The notes under the pieces: model-generated | The model's input: the letters and a program-made list of their open reading frames with translations, nothing else | What the model was told of the DNA's origin: nothing | Database searches by the model: none | Program-made: the position numbers and the translations under genes | Shown: positions 19,013-20,186 of the stretch, piece by piece | Layout: every line of letters starts with the position of its first letter | Numbering within the stretch: the stretch's first letter is position 1 | NCBI GenBank assembly: GCA_905251635.1 | Contig: CAJNOT010001046.1 | Coordinates: 33,679-53,864, forward strand | From: Rotaria sordida | Lineage: Eukaryota | Reading direction: 5' to 3' | Length of the DNA stretch: 20,186 nucleotides

Positions 19013-19634
19013 TACAATGCAGCTTCTTTCTAAGAACAGTCGTGCTCTGATAATTATCATTAATTGCATTATCGAAGAAAAATGCAACGAAATGTCTTAT
19101 TGCTAGTCATTGTATAAGTTTAAACGATCTGCAGCATCTAAAATCATATTGAAATGAATTTCGTTGCATATGTATGTTTGTTTTTGGCTTTTTTGTCATC
19201 AGTCTTCGTCCATTCATCCTGGGAATATTCCATTGTTGCTATGTGAAGTCCTTCTCAATTGGATGCATATTTGAAAGGAGTTAAAAAAAACGAAAAAGAA
19301 GGAGGCAAAACACACAGAAACAACAAAAAAACGTTGTCATGCTACAGGAGTAAGAATTGAATTATTTAAAAAAAAAACAAGCAAACAGTGTACAGCGCAA
19401 AAAAATTCGAATCAGTAGCAAACGTATCGGTTGCAATTATTTGGCTGTGGTGAGTTAATTATTAGAGAGATTCCACAAGGAAAAGAAGAGAATATATCCT
19501 ATTCTGCCTTGTCGCACATTGCGGGAATTAATTCCACCCCCAGAATCAGTTCCACCCGATTCCGGGATTTCCAATCGTCGACTTAACTCGGCTTATTCGA
19601 AAACGATCGAGTTCCCTCAATTCCCGGCATTGCC

Positions 19635-19915
19635 GGAATTCCGTCTCATCCTCACTCTCAGCATGCCTTGTGTAGTTATAGAGAAATATCTAAAATAAGT
19701 GAGCGATTCCGGAACGGGATTCCGAGAATTAGATCAAAGCGGAATTAGATGAAACCGCACGAAATTCCTAGCAATTCCGTCCGATTCCGGAATTGCATGC
19801 AATTCCGGAATCCCATCTCATTTTCACCCTCAGCATGCCTTCTGCAGTTAAAGATAAATATCTAAAATAAGTGAGCGACTCCGGAACGAAATTCCGGGAA
19901 TTAGATCGAAGCGGA
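19635..19915. repeat. Two direct ~109-bp copies, 172-bp period
   Basis: Both copies share ...ctCAGCATGCCTT.TG.AGTTA.AGA.AAATATCTAAAATAAGTGAGCGA.TCCGGAACG..ATTCCG.GAATTAGATC.AAGCGGAA. Confidence 0.85.
19783..19812. repeat. Perfect 30-bp palindrome
   Basis: GATTCCGGAATTGCATGCAATTCCGGAATC equals its own reverse complement. Confidence 0.95.
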
Positions 19916-20080
19916 ACATGTCATGGTAAATTCCAATTTTCAGGAAATTCAAAAAAGTGACTGTGGGAGAAATTTCATGGAAATTTCATTGAATGCTTTT
20001 AAGAATAGTCATAGAAACTCTTCTAACAAAAAAAAAATATAGAAATGAAGTTGAAGTCTGAGTTAGGGTTCCGTTGAATT

Positions 20081-20186
20081 GAGTTGGGGTGAGTCAAGCC
20101 AAGTAAGAATATATATCTATATGTATATATAAAATATATGATTCAATCTCGGGTAGGATTGGATTGGGTTGAGTTGGGTTGAGTCG
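20081..20186 (+). repeat. Degenerate GGGTTGAGT repeats continuing past the window edge
   Basis: gaattgagttggggtgagtc ... ggattggattgggttgagttgggttgagtcg. Confidence 0.5.

Noticed and set aside
18545-19033. Paired ORFs on opposite strands both beginning MVGFG…
   Set aside because: They are the two arms of the same 81-bp foldback read in mirror orientation. The C-terminal CGCVGGCGCG stretch is just the translated GT-rich tract.

Overview
AT-rich eukaryotic (metazoan) window with compact multi-exon genes separated by repeat-rich DNA. The minus-strand F-box/LRR-like gene has a sequence style I associate with a large bdelloid rotifer family. Two GTGTGGG-rich tracts resemble the telomeric repeat reported for bdelloids. 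Bdelloid origin is therefore my inference, not something the sequence proves. Supported genes: (1) a terminal exon of an unidentified, possibly bridge-like lipid-transfer protein at the left edge (+); (2) a four-exon nuclear receptor (-) with a clear DNA-binding domain, an unusually short D-box spacing and a very divergent C-terminal half; (3) a single-exon secreted LRR protein with a possible GPI-anchor tail (+); (4) a five-exon C1 (papain-fold) peptidase of the 'GSC-AN-LA-AYEY' type better known from prokaryotes (-), with its catalytic Cys codon split at a 20-nt microexon and a poly-Asp tail; (5) a three-exon F-box-like protein (-). Mobile or structural DNA: a Tc1/mariner-like transposase remnant; a ~975 bp element with imperfect inverted ends, TTCGGCGAT subterminal repeats and an internal 21-bp palindromic satellite; a ~590 bp MITE-like element with ~180 bp inverted arms; an adjacent ~81 bp foldback joined to inverted telomere-like GT/CA arms with a strong G-quadruplex motif; a 172-bp-period tandem duplication separated by a perfect 30-bp palindrome; and several smaller hairpins. 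I found no prokaryotic-style defence system, CRISPR array, rRNA or tRNA. All coordinates and splice calls were read by eye without any tool.
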